From Penicillus capitatus (Eukaryota; Plantae; Chlorophyta): 64,000 nucleotides of DNA. Of the stretch, positions 39,414-51,471 are shown in pieces. The notes below the pieces were generated by a model that saw only the letters and a program-made list of their open reading frames with translations, made no database searches and was not told the origin of the DNA. A program made the translations under genes and the position numbers. Location of the stretch: NCBI GenBank assembly GCA_965649825.1, contig OZ287700.1, positions 1 through 64,000 of the forward strand, in the 5' to 3' direction. Each line of letters starts with the position of its first letter. Positions within the stretch are counted from its first letter, which is position 1.

Positions 39414-39421
39414 TTTATATA
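39414..39421 (-). promoter_or_regulatory. TATA box of the secreted-protein gene
   Basis: TATATAAA on the minus strand, about 83 bp upstream of the ATG at 39331. Confidence 0.55.
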
Positions 39422-39493
39422 TTTCATCTGCATGGAAGCAAATCAGTGAAGTTCACAGTGCTAAGTTTAGTTATCATCTATTTTGCGCGCCTG

Positions 39494-39651
39494 AGACAGC
39501 ACGGGAGAGCAAAACATGGTCCGCAATTATCGACGGGGTTCAGAAACAGCCATGATCCGCGTGATCGTGTCCGTCACCGTGATGATGTGACGGCATTGTG
39601 ATCCTTCCAGACAGCACGGGACAGCAAAACATAGTCCGCAATTATCGACGG
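39494..39651. repeat. 43-bp direct repeat (2 mismatches) in a divergent intergenic region
   Basis: AGACAGCACGGGA(G/C)AGCAAAACAT(G/A)GTCCGCAATTATCGACGG at 39494-39536 and 39609-39651. Confidence 0.9.
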
Positions 39652-39679
39652 TCTGCAACACAGCACGCGAAGGTTTTTG

Positions 39680-39688
39680 AAACCCTAA
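39680..39688 (+). promoter_or_regulatory. Telo-box-like element (AAACCCTAA); a second at 42845-42852
   Basis: Matches the plant telo-box motif and lies in intergenic DNA upstream of plus-strand genes. Confidence 0.3.
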
Positions 39689-40830
39689 CACCTCTCGTCG
39701 AGGATTACCTTGAAATCCGTCTGCCGAGATGAAGAATGACGTTGTATTTAGAGAATGGTCTTTCGTCGACTACAGCGGCCGGCTGTGGTTTGCGTGACCT
39801 TCTTTATCATTTTTCCAAGCGGCATTACACGTCACTCGCGCATGCATGAGACTGAGAGCTTATATCACAGAACCAGTTTAAAGTTTTTTGACATGACGAA
39901 TGCTTGTCTCCCCTCGTGCACCGTTTTTCTAAGTTGACAAACAAGAAGATTCGGATCACATGTTTGTAATTACATCCAGATCGTCTGGGATGGGAAGATC
40001 ATCGTGCAGACTGTTCTGTCTCTCACTGTAAGTAACTAACTACACACTCAGTGAAAGGGCGTGCCGGAAGTTCGGAACATAAGCTAGCACAGGGTAGCGA
40101 GACCACGTGCGACGATTTCTTCGGGGACAGACACGGCGTTCTGTCGTCCCAGAATCCTGGATACCCGATGATCTTTGTTCTAGCACGAGTTTATCGCCCA
40201 TGTAGGAACATTATAAAGGATTTTCCTGCTGTCTGCTCGTGCCTCCGTCTTTGTTCGAGATCCATCATCTGTCTTTCCTCTGACCTGGTAGGGGGAGCAC
40301 ACCTCACGTCTGGGGAGCTTGTTGCTAGATGGCCATTCTGTGGATGATCTGGGCAATCTGCCTGTCATGAACATCGGAACTCTGTCACTGCTCTCGGCGC
40401 AACACTCATCACTGTGTCTGGGAGATTGCTTTGATGAAGTCGCCTCAAGATCTGTCCTACTCAGCATTCATTATCTGAAGAATTTCGTTCAACTGCTCGT
40501 CTCGGTTACTTAACGACGTTGTGCTTTTGGAGATCAATCTTCACCATAAGACGATTCTATACGAAAGTAAAAGCTCCTCAGTCAGATTCAAGAGACTGAC
40601 GCTAGTAACTGACGCGATCATAAAAGCGGATATCAAAGAAACCGTCAAAGCTCGAGCCATTGATACAAGGTCGTCATCTGGCCGAGTAGACGACTTCACA
40701 CTCCCTCGGCCGATTTCATAAGTCATTCTTAAACAGCGGATCACCTGCATTCACCGTCGAGTGGTATAGATAAACATCAGACATGAAATGACGTACGTGA
40801 CAGGACCTGTGCTGCATCGTGGACGTAACA

Positions 40831-41976
40831 ATGACATCCTCACCTTCAGAGGAGGATGCTGGTTTTCTCGTTACCCGCTATTGCGTCGAAAAGCGGAACA
40901 ATGGGATCTGTCCAGGGCGAATCCTTTGCGTCGACAATCTTGGCCAACACTACAACGAAGAGCGTCTTCGCTATCAACTCACTCAATTGTTGAAAGACGC
41001 CGACGATATCCGGTTCGCAGTTGTCAACATCTCGAATTGCAGAATCCAATTGGGATGGTGCTGCATTCAGTTCCGTTCCCCCAGCGCAGCAATTGCTGCA
41101 CTCAAGGTTCTGGACCGTTCCTATCTCAAAACAGTACTTCGTCCGAATATACCACGTCCTCTCATTGCTCACTTTCCCGACTGGGTCAAGAAAGAACACT
41201 GCAAGAACCTTCAGCAAAGTACTGATCCAATGGCTCTACATTTGGGACAGTCAAATACGGTGGACAAGGACAGCAGAGAGTTCATATATCTGGATGAGAT
41301 TCTACGCCACACAAAACTCCAAATTATCGAAAAGACCGAGAATACACTCATTCATTTCCTGCAGCTGCAGTTCAGAGGAGAACAGAATCCGCATAGAAGG
41401 CCCGACCAGACACAATCCGCATCGACGAATGCGATTTGGCTCAAGAACGTCCCCGATGCTGTATCTGACGAAATGCTTCGGACATTCTTTGAGTGTTTCG
41501 ATCCTGAAGTGAAGATTCAAAGAGTGGAAGATCCAGTGACACAACAGTACAGTTCACATGCCATAGCTGTTTTCTCAACAACCGAAAAGGCCATGCTGGT
41601 TTGTCAAGACATCCAAAAACATATGCTCGTTACAGATGGATTTAGACCTATCTCGGCCAGTTTACTGGATGTGGATACCTACAGAGGATTCGAAAGTGTT
41701 TTGGATCGTGCATTAATGGAAGTTGGATGTGGAATAGGTACATCTGACACATTCTCTGAACTGGTTTTGCAAGAGAACTTGCAAGATGATGAGAAAGCTG
41801 TCGCCCTGCAAGTGCGTTCTATACTGGAGAACATGCAGCATATGAGAAGTGCTTACAAAAAGTTAAAACGTGAGCAACAGAGAGCTTTGTACAAACACAT
41901 ACGGAGCACAGTTGAAGAGATGCTTGGAAGATTCGTCACGTTGGACAACCGTGTTATCGAGGCAGAAAAGCTGTAG
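40831..41976 (+). CDS. Tandem divergent RRM protein, ASI1/IBM2-like; possible extra 5' exons from about 39729
   Basis: LCVDNLGQHYNEE...GWCCIQFRS...RPLIAHF...HLGQSN and IWLKNVPD...HAIAVFST...GFRPISASL resemble the ASI1 RRM and its following helix. Confidence 0.6.
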   Translation: MTSSPSEEDAGFLVTRYCVEKRNNGICPGRILCVDNLGQHYNEERLRYQLTQLLKDADDIRFAVVNISNCRIQLGWCCIQFRSPSAAIAALKVLDRSYLKTVLRPNIPRPLIAHFPDWVKKEHCKNLQQSTDPMALHLGQSNTVDKDSREFIYLDEILRHTKLQIIEKTENTLIHFLQLQFRGEQNPHRRPDQTQSASTNAIWLKNVPDAVSDEMLRTFFECFDPEVKIQRVEDPVTQQYSSHAIAVFSTTEKAMLVCQDIQKHMLVTDGFRPISASLLDVDTYRGFESVLDRALMEVGCGIGTSDTFSELVLQENLQDDEKAVALQVRSILENMQHMRSAYKKLKREQQRALYKHIRSTVEEMLGRFVTLDNRVIEAEKL

Positions 41977-43431
41977 AAGAAGATTGTCTTGTATCGCGAG
42001 TTTGCATTATCCTTGCATCCATTTGTAACGATCCTTCTTCTTTAGGAACGACGAGGCTGAATGCACTCTAAAGTGAGACCAAGGGATCACACAGCTCAAT
42101 GGAAAACCTGCTGACGAGTGCGGAACTCGAGAATATGAGTGGATGGAATCCTACTGGAAGAGGCCAGTTGAGATGATGATCTCTGTGTGTTGGCTGTCGA
42201 TACTTGAGTACAACTCTAAATGATGGATTCTTCACTGGAAAACGAATAACCTAATCACTGCTATTACTGTTTGAAAGCACATGGCACATTATTTAAGAGC
42301 AACTTTGCCCCATCTATGGAATCTTTTTTTCTGCTTGTTTCAAATCCTTCGATACCTCGATGCCCCATCAGCAATACAAGTTCTAGAATTTCAGACGAGT
42401 AGTTTATCGTTCCTTGACATTCTTCGTCACTTGATAACGGAAATGTTGCATCGAACTGGCTAAAACAACTGCCATTTCACCACCCAGTTCCCTTTCCACT
42501 CAGTTGGTTTGAGGACAATGCCGGTAGCAGACCAACAACAGTATACAGGAATGCAGCCCGAATCGCTTTGCACAAGAAGTTACTCAGTCAACAGTGAAGC
42601 TGCTCTAAATGAAACAGATCGCGTTAAGTGACCTTGTCTTTAAGGAGTCGCTTAAAGACACTCATTGGCTCGACCACTATGATGTTTAGATTTATATAAT
42701 GAAAGCTTTACCTCATGTTTGCACGATTGGCCAAGTAAATAAAACTATGTTGATGGAGTTTCGGCATACATCGCGACGAAGAGAAATAATCATCCATCAA
42801 GGTTCAGGAAGACAATGACACTTAGAGGAGGCTTCCTCTCTGCCAAACCCTAGAGCGAAGCATGTCGATTAAGAGCGTCCGTCATTCGTAATGCTTTGAC
42901 AATCAACCGCTTTCTGCAAGACAGAAACCGTCATCAAGCAGAAATTCCGTGTAAAACCGTCAAGAAGAGTCAAGAGCACAAACGAAAGATTTTCGCAGAA
43001 TGCCAACGGACAGACGAACAGGACAATGGAGGCCATAGCGGCGGACACACTAAGAGACCCAAGCGACAGCGCTGAGATACTCGGCCGTATCGCGCATGCT
43101 GATCAACAGTCAGTCAACGTCACGCGTCATGTTAAGTGATACGGACGTCAAATCTCAGACACAGTGCCGTCCATGCAGAGCACTCCGATTCACCCTCTCC
43201 GTTGCTCTCCATAAACTTCGGCAAGAAAACAGACATAGCATGTGTGCGAAAGATCGAGAGAACTCAGCAGAATAGACGGACCGACCATTCTCCCTGTTCA
43301 GACTGACAGTTCAATGTGGGCCTAGACGTCAAGTCACGCGCCATTTCGTCGAAGCGATTCGCAGAATTGTGAAAGACGCCGTTGCTGGACTCTGCCTTTG
43401 TGTCTGTCATCTGCGCGTTTCAGAATCAACA

Positions 43432-44778
43432 ATGGAGAAGGCGGGATGCGTTCTCTGCGGCGGGAAGGTCGAGGGTTCCGTCGAGAGCGTTGCTTTGACA
43501 ATTTGTTGCAAAAACTGCTGCACGAAACCCAAAACCACATACAGTCGTGTCTACAAAGGGTGGTTTCGTATCTCCAAGACACGCGCCACCTCGGTGTTTC
43601 ACTGTACAGAAGCGGACCTGGCGATTCTCAAATTCATATCGCTGCCGAATCCAGTCAGTCCACGTGGTCCCCGAATGAAACTCTATCTCAGAGTGGAAGC
43701 AGAGTACTTGGGCAAACAGAGGCACCAAATGCATTTGGTTGAGAAAGCAAAGCGTGACTGTGGTGCCATCATTGGAAAGAAGATCGCTCTGGATTCTCAT
43801 TTCAAGATGAACATTACCAACATGGACAGAGTCCTTCGACACTTCCTCCTTGGAGATTTCCTTAAGAAGGCGTCGGCAACGACGACGACATGGAATGACA
43901 TCTCGGCACGCTACAAAGTGATCCATCCTGTGACAGAGATTCTAGAGGCATGTGATGGAGCGCATCCACTAGCTGCCTTCGAATTCTGTCAGGAGCATCC
44001 AGATGCGGGTCCCGTAGAGTTTCAGGATTTCAAGGAAAAGATGAAAGCAGTGTTCCGTCTAGAAGGCGCGAGAATTCTTTATCATTTACCTGTTACAGAA
44101 CGTCATCTCCTGTCTGGCACCGTTTTAGCAGATGTGTACCAGGAATTCAGCTGTCGAGATTCGAGGGCGATTGTCAGAGGCCATTTGTTGAAGTGGTTCA
44201 GTGAACAGACGGCCGATGAGATTTTGAACCATCCAGCTGTTTCACGCAGATTGGAGAACATGGAAGAGGAACTGAGTGTCGCACAGAAACTGAAACAGTT
44301 CTGGGAAGAGAAGGACGATAAGGCCAAGAGAACGGCTAAGCTCAAGAAGGCGCTCCACGCCAAAGGGCTGGCCTTGCCAACAGATTGTCTCTTCAGTGAC
44401 GAGTATGTGAATGGACAGATTGACTGCGACTTGTTGGAGGTCGTCGGTATTGTGGAAGTCTATGGAATTCTTAAGAAGAAAGGCATCAGAGTTCGATGCT
44501 CAAGGAGTACGTTCGTCGAGAATAAATTCAGAAATTGTCTACACAAAATGAAAATGGGATACGAAGCATCTGTCGAAGAGGCAACCAAAGAAGATCACTT
44601 GGTCTTTGGTTCATTCCTCAGTGATGAAGACGACGATGATGACAGTCTGTTTTTGGAAGACAGCATGGATGATGAGTATTTCTTTATCGATGGCTTCAAC
44701 GACGACTACAGTGACTATGGGCCTCCTGGATTCCTGCCTTTCCTGTCTGACGATGACTCTGATTTTTACATGTACTAG
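43432..44778 (+). CDS. Intronless 448-aa protein with an XPA-like Zn-finger/DNA-binding core and an acidic tail
   Basis: CxxC...CxxC, then RISKTRA and LKFISLPNPVSPRGPRMKLYLRVE (compare XPA [24 protein letters not shown]); D-rich C-terminus. Confidence 0.75.
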   Translation: MEKAGCVLCGGKVEGSVESVALTICCKNCCTKPKTTYSRVYKGWFRISKTRATSVFHCTEADLAILKFISLPNPVSPRGPRMKLYLRVEAEYLGKQRHQMHLVEKAKRDCGAIIGKKIALDSHFKMNITNMDRVLRHFLLGDFLKKASATTTTWNDISARYKVIHPVTEILEACDGAHPLAAFEFCQEHPDAGPVEFQDFKEKMKAVFRLEGARILYHLPVTERHLLSGTVLADVYQEFSCRDSRAIVRGHLLKWFSEQTADEILNHPAVSRRLENMEEELSVAQKLKQFWEEKDDKAKRTAKLKKALHAKGLALPTDCLFSDEYVNGQIDCDLLEVVGIVEVYGILKKKGIRVRCSRSTFVENKFRNCLHKMKMGYEASVEEATKEDHLVFGSFLSDEDDDDDSLFLEDSMDDEYFFIDGFNDDYSDYGPPGFLPFLSDDDSDFYMY

Positions 44779-44980
44779 GCGACGTCCCATCATCACATCA
44801 AAGTGCAATGTTCGATCGAATGGATGGTCTCCCCGCGATGATGAAACGACAGTCGATTCGACGACACGTCCCATCGATATCGCGGACACGTCACTCTGCT
44901 GTTTGTCTCTCGTGAGATGTCGGAGTGGCTTTCTCGAAGAGGCAGTTGGACAGACAAGGAAGTTCAGGGAACTAACGACG

Positions 44981-46350
44981 ATGCACAGACCAGCAAGCTG
45001 TGATACGCAACACTCGTCGAATACGGCGTTCAGCGTCTGTTGCAGATCGTGTGTGCGGGCAGGGTACTTCGACGACCCGTTTGTTCAATACTTTGTCAGG
45101 AATCCATCGAGGAGAAGTCCACTCATCAACAGAGGTGAAGTGTTTACTAAGCGAGACTGCTTTTGACTCGGACTTTCATTAGGCTATTATTCTCGCTGTT
45201 ATGCGCTGCGGTTGCTGGTCGATTCCTTTCTGGAGCGATTTCCCAGTCAGACCAATGGAAAACGTTGCCAGATTCTCTCTTTGGGAGCAGGATTTGACAG
45301 CACTTGGTTCTGTTTGAAGAATGAAGGAAAACAGCCATTCAAGTACATCGAAGTCGATTTCCACGAGGTAGGTCTCTACTTTCTTTTTCCGGATGCATGA
45401 ATGACAAATGGGAATGCTCTTCAGGTCACCTGCCAGAAAATCAACGCGATTCGCATGACAGAACAGCTGGCAGCAATGATTGAGCAGAGCGATACGTTGT
45501 CTGAAGAGAGCGTGAAGCTGGGAAAGCTGATCACACGTGACTATTGCATTATGCCATCAGACCTGAGAGAACTTGGATCTCTGGAGCAGGCACTGAAAGA
45601 AGTCGATTTCAATGAACGGTAATGATCTCACATCCTCTCCATGGACAGACAGCACTGCCCTTTTCTATTGACAGATTGCCGACACTGATATTGGCTGAAT
45701 GCGTTCTGGTCTATCTCGACCCAGATCACAGTGCCAACATTATTGATTATTTTGGAAAGAGACTGCAGAATGCTGCATTTCTTGTGTATGAGCAGGTGTG
45801 TGTGTTCGTGCTGTCTATCAAGGGAGTCTGTCGTTTGTCGCGTTTCTTAGATTCGACCCGACGATGCGTTTGGGAGACAGATGTTGAAGAATCTCGAAGT
45901 ATTTTGTTGTCCATTATTCGCATGAGCACTGCTGACGTACAGAGACGGAAAGTCGAGGGGCTGTCCATTAAGAGGACTGAGATCGACGCCTTCCCTTGCA
46001 GCGCACGAGCAGAGGTTTAAAGAGAATGGATGGAGGAAAGCAGTTGCTTGGGACATGGATACCATCTACAAGAAAGTAATCCCACACGACGAACAACTCC
46101 GGTACCCGACAGAAGCACCGCTGCAGACGACAACGACGTCTCTGTGCAGGATATCGAGGCTCGAAATCTTTGATGAGTTCGAAGAGTGGCACATGATACA
46201 GGTGTGACCAATGTGATCCACCTTAGACGGACACAAGAGACATGGGTTATTTCTCTGCAGGAGCACTACTGTATCTGCATTGGCCTTAATGATTCTAAAG
46301 GAACTCTCAAAGGATACGGATTCAGAGCACTGCAAGCGCAGATGACATAG
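44981..46350 (+). CDS. LCMT1: Leucine carboxyl methyltransferase 1 (PP2A methyltransferase), 8 exons
   Basis: GYFDDPF, RSPLINRG, QILSLGAGFD, EVDF, PTLILAECVLVY, YEQ and EHYC motifs. Confidence 0.93.
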
Positions 46351-46439
46351 AGACTGACTGACTGACTCTTATTGAGAATGAAAAAACAGACTCCAGTAAT
46401 CAAATATAAGCAGTCCTCTTGTGGGACGTCATCTCGCGT

Positions 46440-47037
46440 CTAATCTCGCGACTGTCTCACAGCAGCTTTTAGAGCAGAGTCCACTCTTTGCTTTAATATA
46501 TCGATGATCAAAGGGTCCATTCCAATTGGATCTGCAATGGAGTAAGAGATATCCATTGCATACGTTCCAATCGCCTCCTCGACCAAAAGCGGAATATCTT
46601 GTTGAGAATGACGTCCAGGTGATAAGAAGAATGGAGATATCACTACATGCTCTGCTCCCTTTGCCACACATGCACCTGCAGCAGAGGCAATATTTCCCAT
46701 CCGTCTGATGGATACATTGAAGGATGTCTGTCTACTCACGGAGTGCATCGGCGATGTCAGGCTTTGCGAGTTCCATGTGTGCTGCCTCCACTACATCCAT
46801 TTTCGATTGTTTCTCGAAAGATTCGACGACGCTTTCCAAGAGAGCATTTGCCTCTTCTCTTCTGGATCCATGATCCACAATGATGACGGCAGTCTTCTTG
46901 GTCGAAGCCCCATGTGCTTTGTCGCAGCAGCGTGCGTGTCCTCGAATACTGGATCTAATAACGCCTCCTTGTCTCCGGACTTTACAAGGAACGGCCGTGA
47001 GTAGCTGTTGGGAAACAGTCCTAACGTTCATGCGCAT
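46440..47037 (-). CDS. SIRB: Sirohydrochlorin ferrochelatase (CbiX fold), probably plastid-targeted
   Basis: VIIVDHGSRREEAN, AHMELAKPDI and SPFFLSPGRH motifs; one intron; N-terminal extension. Confidence 0.93.
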
Positions 47038-47169
47038 AATGTTCAATAGAGCGGAGTACACTTTTCGATGCTCCGTTGTCGCCTCTCATTCAGTCGGTTG
47101 TTTTTTGCCTGTCGCCGACCAATAGGCGGAACCCCTCGACCAAAAACGGCACAGACAGCCATTAGAAGC

Positions 47170-50128
47170 ATGGACTCAAGAAGAACAGGCAAACTTTTCC
47201 AGTCCTCTGCTCTCGTGACGACCTGAACGCATTTGTCGTCTGCATCAGGAATCCATTCGTCTGAAAGTGGATCGGGTGTCTATTCCAATAGATTGGCACA
47301 GGAGACGTCGCCGTACTTGCTTCAACATGCTTCCAATCCAGTCAGTCATAGCTTTCATATCATGTCATATACACACCTGACTCATTATCAGGTGGAATGG
47401 TATCCGTGGGGAGAAGAGGCTTTTGCAAGAGCGCGATCTGAGGAGAAACCCATTTTCTTGTCGATTGGATATTCGACATGTCACTGGTGAATCCTTAGAA
47501 AGGGCAACACAACGATTGACATGACTGTGGGTGCTGCTTCATTGCCAGGTGTCATGTCATGGAGCGAGAGAGCTTCGAAGATGAAGAGACGGCCAGAATC
47601 CTTAAAAACGATTTCATCGCCATCAAAGTCGATCGGGAAGAAAGACCTGATGTTGATAGAGTCTATGTGGGTGCTCTTCTTCCTTCAAATCCCATCATTG
47701 AATTGATCATTGCCATTTCCTGTTCTCAGATGTCATATGTACAAGCCATAAGTGGTCATGGCGGTTGGCCCATGTCCGTGTTTCTCACGCCTGACCTGAA
47801 ACCCTTCTTTGGTGGAACCTATTTTCCAAAGGAAGCAAGATATGGCATGACCTCCTTCAAGAACCTCCTGAAAAATGTGGCCGACACCTGGAAAGACAAA
47901 CAGAACCTCGTCGTGGAACAGGTTTGATCCCCTCTGCCTATGGTTCTCTGTTCGAACGCCCTTGCCTGTGTAGTCTGAAGAAACCATGAAGGAACTGACA
48001 AAGTATCTTACACAGAAGGAAGAGAAGACAGTGGATGTATCGGATCTGGATAAAAGAATTGATACGTTCATTGCCGCTTGCAGTCAAACTCTAACCAACA
48101 CCTTTGATCGGGTGCATGGGGGATTCGGCAATGCTCCAAAGTTTCCTCGGCCATCTGAACTCCATGCATTGCTTGGAAACTATCTCAGATTGCAGGTGCG
48201 CCATACCGCAGAAAGCAAACGGATGTTGACTGCCACCCACTTCCAGAACGAAAACAGTCCAGAAGAAGCTGAAGAGATGCTGAAAATGGTGGAGTGGACA
48301 TTGTTGAAGATGTCGAATGGAGGAATTCATGATCACGTCGGTGGTGGATTTCATCGATACAGCGTCGATGAGTTGTGGCATGTTCCACATTTTGAGAAGA
48401 TGCTTTACGACAATCCACAAATTGCCATTGTCTGTCTGCACATGTTCCAGATAACCAAAGAGTCGAAGTGGGCATCCATTGCTTGTGGAATTCTGGATTA
48501 TCTGAAAAGAGACATGCAAGATCCACTTGGCGGCATCTATTCAGCCGAAGTACATCACCATCTCAGTTTCATCTGTGCATTCTGGGCATCATGAATCTGT
48601 TAGGACGCCGATAGTTTCGACGAAACGAAGAAGGAAAAGGCAGAAGGTGCTTTTTACATCTGGACAGCTGCTGAGCTTGCATCGATCTTGAGTGAAAGGG
48701 AGTACGACATCTTTTCTGCATACTACAGCATTCGGCCAGAAGGCAACTGCAATATGTCTGCACGAAGCGATCCGCATGACGAGTTCGTTGGCAGAAATTG
48801 TCTCTATGTCTCCAAAGATATCGAAGAAGTGGCTAGCAATTTTGAAATGGACCCAGAGGAAATGCAGTCTCTATTGGCGACATGCCGAGAAAAGATCTAC
48901 AGACAGAGACAGAAGCGGCCCAAACCACATCTCGACAACAAAGTCCTTCCTGCTTTGTTTTATGCCACTGTTTGATAATTAGTCTGTCTGCAACAGATCG
49001 TCACATCTTGGAATGGAATGGCCCTTTGCGCCTTTTCCCAAGCTTCAAGGATTCTCAAACCCTTTGCCTCAACCAGATGCTTTCCTCGAGAAGGTCACTC
49101 TCCAGCTTCCTATCTTGACGATGCGAAGAAGGTGCGATTCAAAGAAAGACTGCGCCAGCGAAAGTCGTCTTCTATACAGATAGCCCAATTTGTTTTCGAA
49201 CATCTATGGGATGCAGAACAGCAGATCTTGAAGAGGTCTTTCTGCGGCAGTGTCTCTTCTGTGGATGCATTTGCAGATGACTACGCATGGATGGTTGCCG
49301 GGCTGTTGGATCTGTACGAGTGCTCTGGAGAGATCAAATGGCTCCGATGGGCAGTCCAGCTGCAGAACAAAGCCAACGAGATCTTCTTTGATTCCAAAAC
49401 AGGCAAGAGAGCTCTTTCGGAGAACGATGAACGATGTCATGCCTTTCGGACAGGGGGCTATTTCTCGACGGCTGGCAATGACGCTGCGATTTTACTGAGG
49501 CTGAAAGAAGAATATGATTCGGCAGAGCCTGCTGCTTCTTCCATTGCTCTGTCCAATTTGATCCGACTGAGTTCAATTCTGGCATCGCAGAGCGAACAGC
49601 TTATGGAGAAGGCCACGCAGACGATTCAGTTCTTCGCACGTAGAATGGAAGCATTGCCCATCGCCATGCCACAATTGGCGTATTCCATGTACCTCTACAA
49701 TCGTCTACCAAAGGCAAAGAAGGTTTCTTCAAGTTCCTCACTTTTTGTGTCTCCCCAAGAATGGCCGATAGGTTGTCATTTATGGACCGTTGGATCATGA
49801 ACGCACATGTCAGCTGTTGGATGCCATGCACAGAGATTACGATCCATCAAAGACACTGATTCTTGTCGATCCCAATGATCCAGAGTCTTTGGCATTCTGG
49901 AAGGAACAGAGTCTCGAAAACCTGCGTGTTTTGGGGAAAGTGATTGACTGGGGAGAAGGCAGCGAGCTCCCAGTTCCACACCAGGCAGATGGAACTGTTC
50001 CCACAGCATACGTTTGTGCGAACTTCACATGCAAAGCACCGACCCAAGATCCAAATGCTCTTGCAGAACAGATGCGTGGCGGTGCGCCCTCTGTCACCTT
50101 AATGGAAACCGATTTTTTTGGAAAGTGA
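47170..50128 (+). CDS. SPATA20: SPATA20/SSP411/YyaL thioredoxin-domain protein, copy A (11 introns)
   Basis: [70 protein letters not shown] and DDYA motifs. First exon inferred via a GC-AG intron. Confidence 0.92.
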
Positions 50129-50131
50129 CGC

Positions 50132-51076
50132 ATGTGGCACGTCTTGTCAATGTACGGATCTGCGCGTGCATTCTATCCCCTCGCTCGGTTAGTTTCGCCG
50201 CGAAAACACTGCTTCACAGTCAAACGACAGCAAAGCGTCATGAATCGTGCATCGAGCGAGAATCACCTGGAGGTGGCGATTCGTGCTGCCAAGGCAGCCG
50301 GTGCTGTGATCTCTGCGGCTCTGTCTCTTCCAAAGCAGGTCCAAAACAAAGGAGCCGTGGATTTGGTGACAGAGACAGACAAAGAATGCGAAAGACTCAT
50401 CCTGGAAACAGTAAAGAGCAGTTTTCCTGACCATCTGTTCATTGGAGAGGAGACCACAGCTGAGGAGGGAAACAGCATTGAGCTGACAGATACACCAACC
50501 TGGTTATGCGATCCTCTAGATGGCACCACAAATTTTGTTCATCAATACCCAAGCTGCTGCGTTAGTTTGGCGCTGTGGATCAAACGCGAACCCGTGGTGG
50601 GTGTGGTATTCAATCCAGTATTGAAGGAACTCTTTACAGCTGAAAGAGGCAAAGGAGCCTTTCTCAATGGAGTGCCCATTCGTACATCTGAAACTAATGA
50701 ACTGGAGAAAGCCGTGTTCGCGACGGAACTGGGAGTCACGCGAGATATGGATGTCATCACGGCGATCTTCAGCAGAATCTCGCGACTCTCCGCTGCGACA
50801 CGTTCCATTCGATGTGCTGGATCTGTGGCGATCGATCTCTGCAATGTCGCTTGTGGCAGATTGGACTTCTGTTACGAGATTGGATTTGGTGGTTGTTGGG
50901 ATATCGGTGCTGGTACTCTTATCATTATGGAAGCTGGAGGGAAGGTGCTAGATCCTTGTGGTGGTCCCTTTAATGTTCTTTCGCGACGCATTCTGGGGAC
51001 GAATGCGCATTTGGACAAAAAGGTGTCGGACATATTGTCGACCTTTGATTTTTATGCCAATGAACCAAGACCTTGA
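50132..51076 (+). CDS. Inositol monophosphatase / L-galactose-1-phosphate phosphatase (VTC4-like), intronless
   Basis: DLVTETDKECE, FIGEE, WLCDPLDGTTNF, GCWDIGAG motifs. True start may be a downstream ATG. Confidence 0.93.
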   Translation: MWHVLSMYGSARAFYPLARLVSPRKHCFTVKRQQSVMNRASSENHLEVAIRAAKAAGAVISAALSLPKQVQNKGAVDLVTETDKECERLILETVKSSFPDHLFIGEETTAEEGNSIELTDTPTWLCDPLDGTTNFVHQYPSCCVSLALWIKREPVVGVVFNPVLKELFTAERGKGAFLNGVPIRTSETNELEKAVFATELGVTRDMDVITAIFSRISRLSAATRSIRCAGSVAIDLCNVACGRLDFCYEIGFGGCWDIGAGTLIIMEAGGKVLDPCGGPFNVLSRRILGTNAHLDKKVSDILSTFDFYANEPRP

Positions 51077-51471
51077 TCTGGCAAGTGTTTGAAAATATTA
51101 CCCTTTCAATGTGCAGGATTGCTGACATGTCCTGTTGGGTGAAGAGAGTAATTGCACAGCGGGGAAGATCGCCGCCAGTCAGTGGACCACTCGACAGAAT
51201 CACGACTACTGTGGAGATGCCAGTGGCAAACAATGACCAGATCTCTTCAAGAACGGACGCACGTCTCAATTGTTTCGTCGACATCTCCGTCTTCACAAAG
51301 GGAAGAAGGATCTTTGTACGCTTCTTCGTTCTTCCATATTACGGACAGTTCTCTGCGAGCTGCACGATAGACAAGAGGACATATATCCTTGAAGTCTCGG
51401 TTGACTTTGTCCGTCATATGCTGGAGCGCGTTTGACCGCGAGTCCTGTTTTGCGGACACAAATCTCTGGTC

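Noticed and set aside
42290-42380. GIEVSKDLKQAEK, Sel1-like repeat remnant on the minus strand
   Set aside because: Single short match surrounded by stops.
42635-42660. 10-bp perfect hairpin TGTCTTTAAG/CTTAAAGACA
   Set aside because: Short and isolated; plausible by chance, and bacterial-type terminators are irrelevant here.
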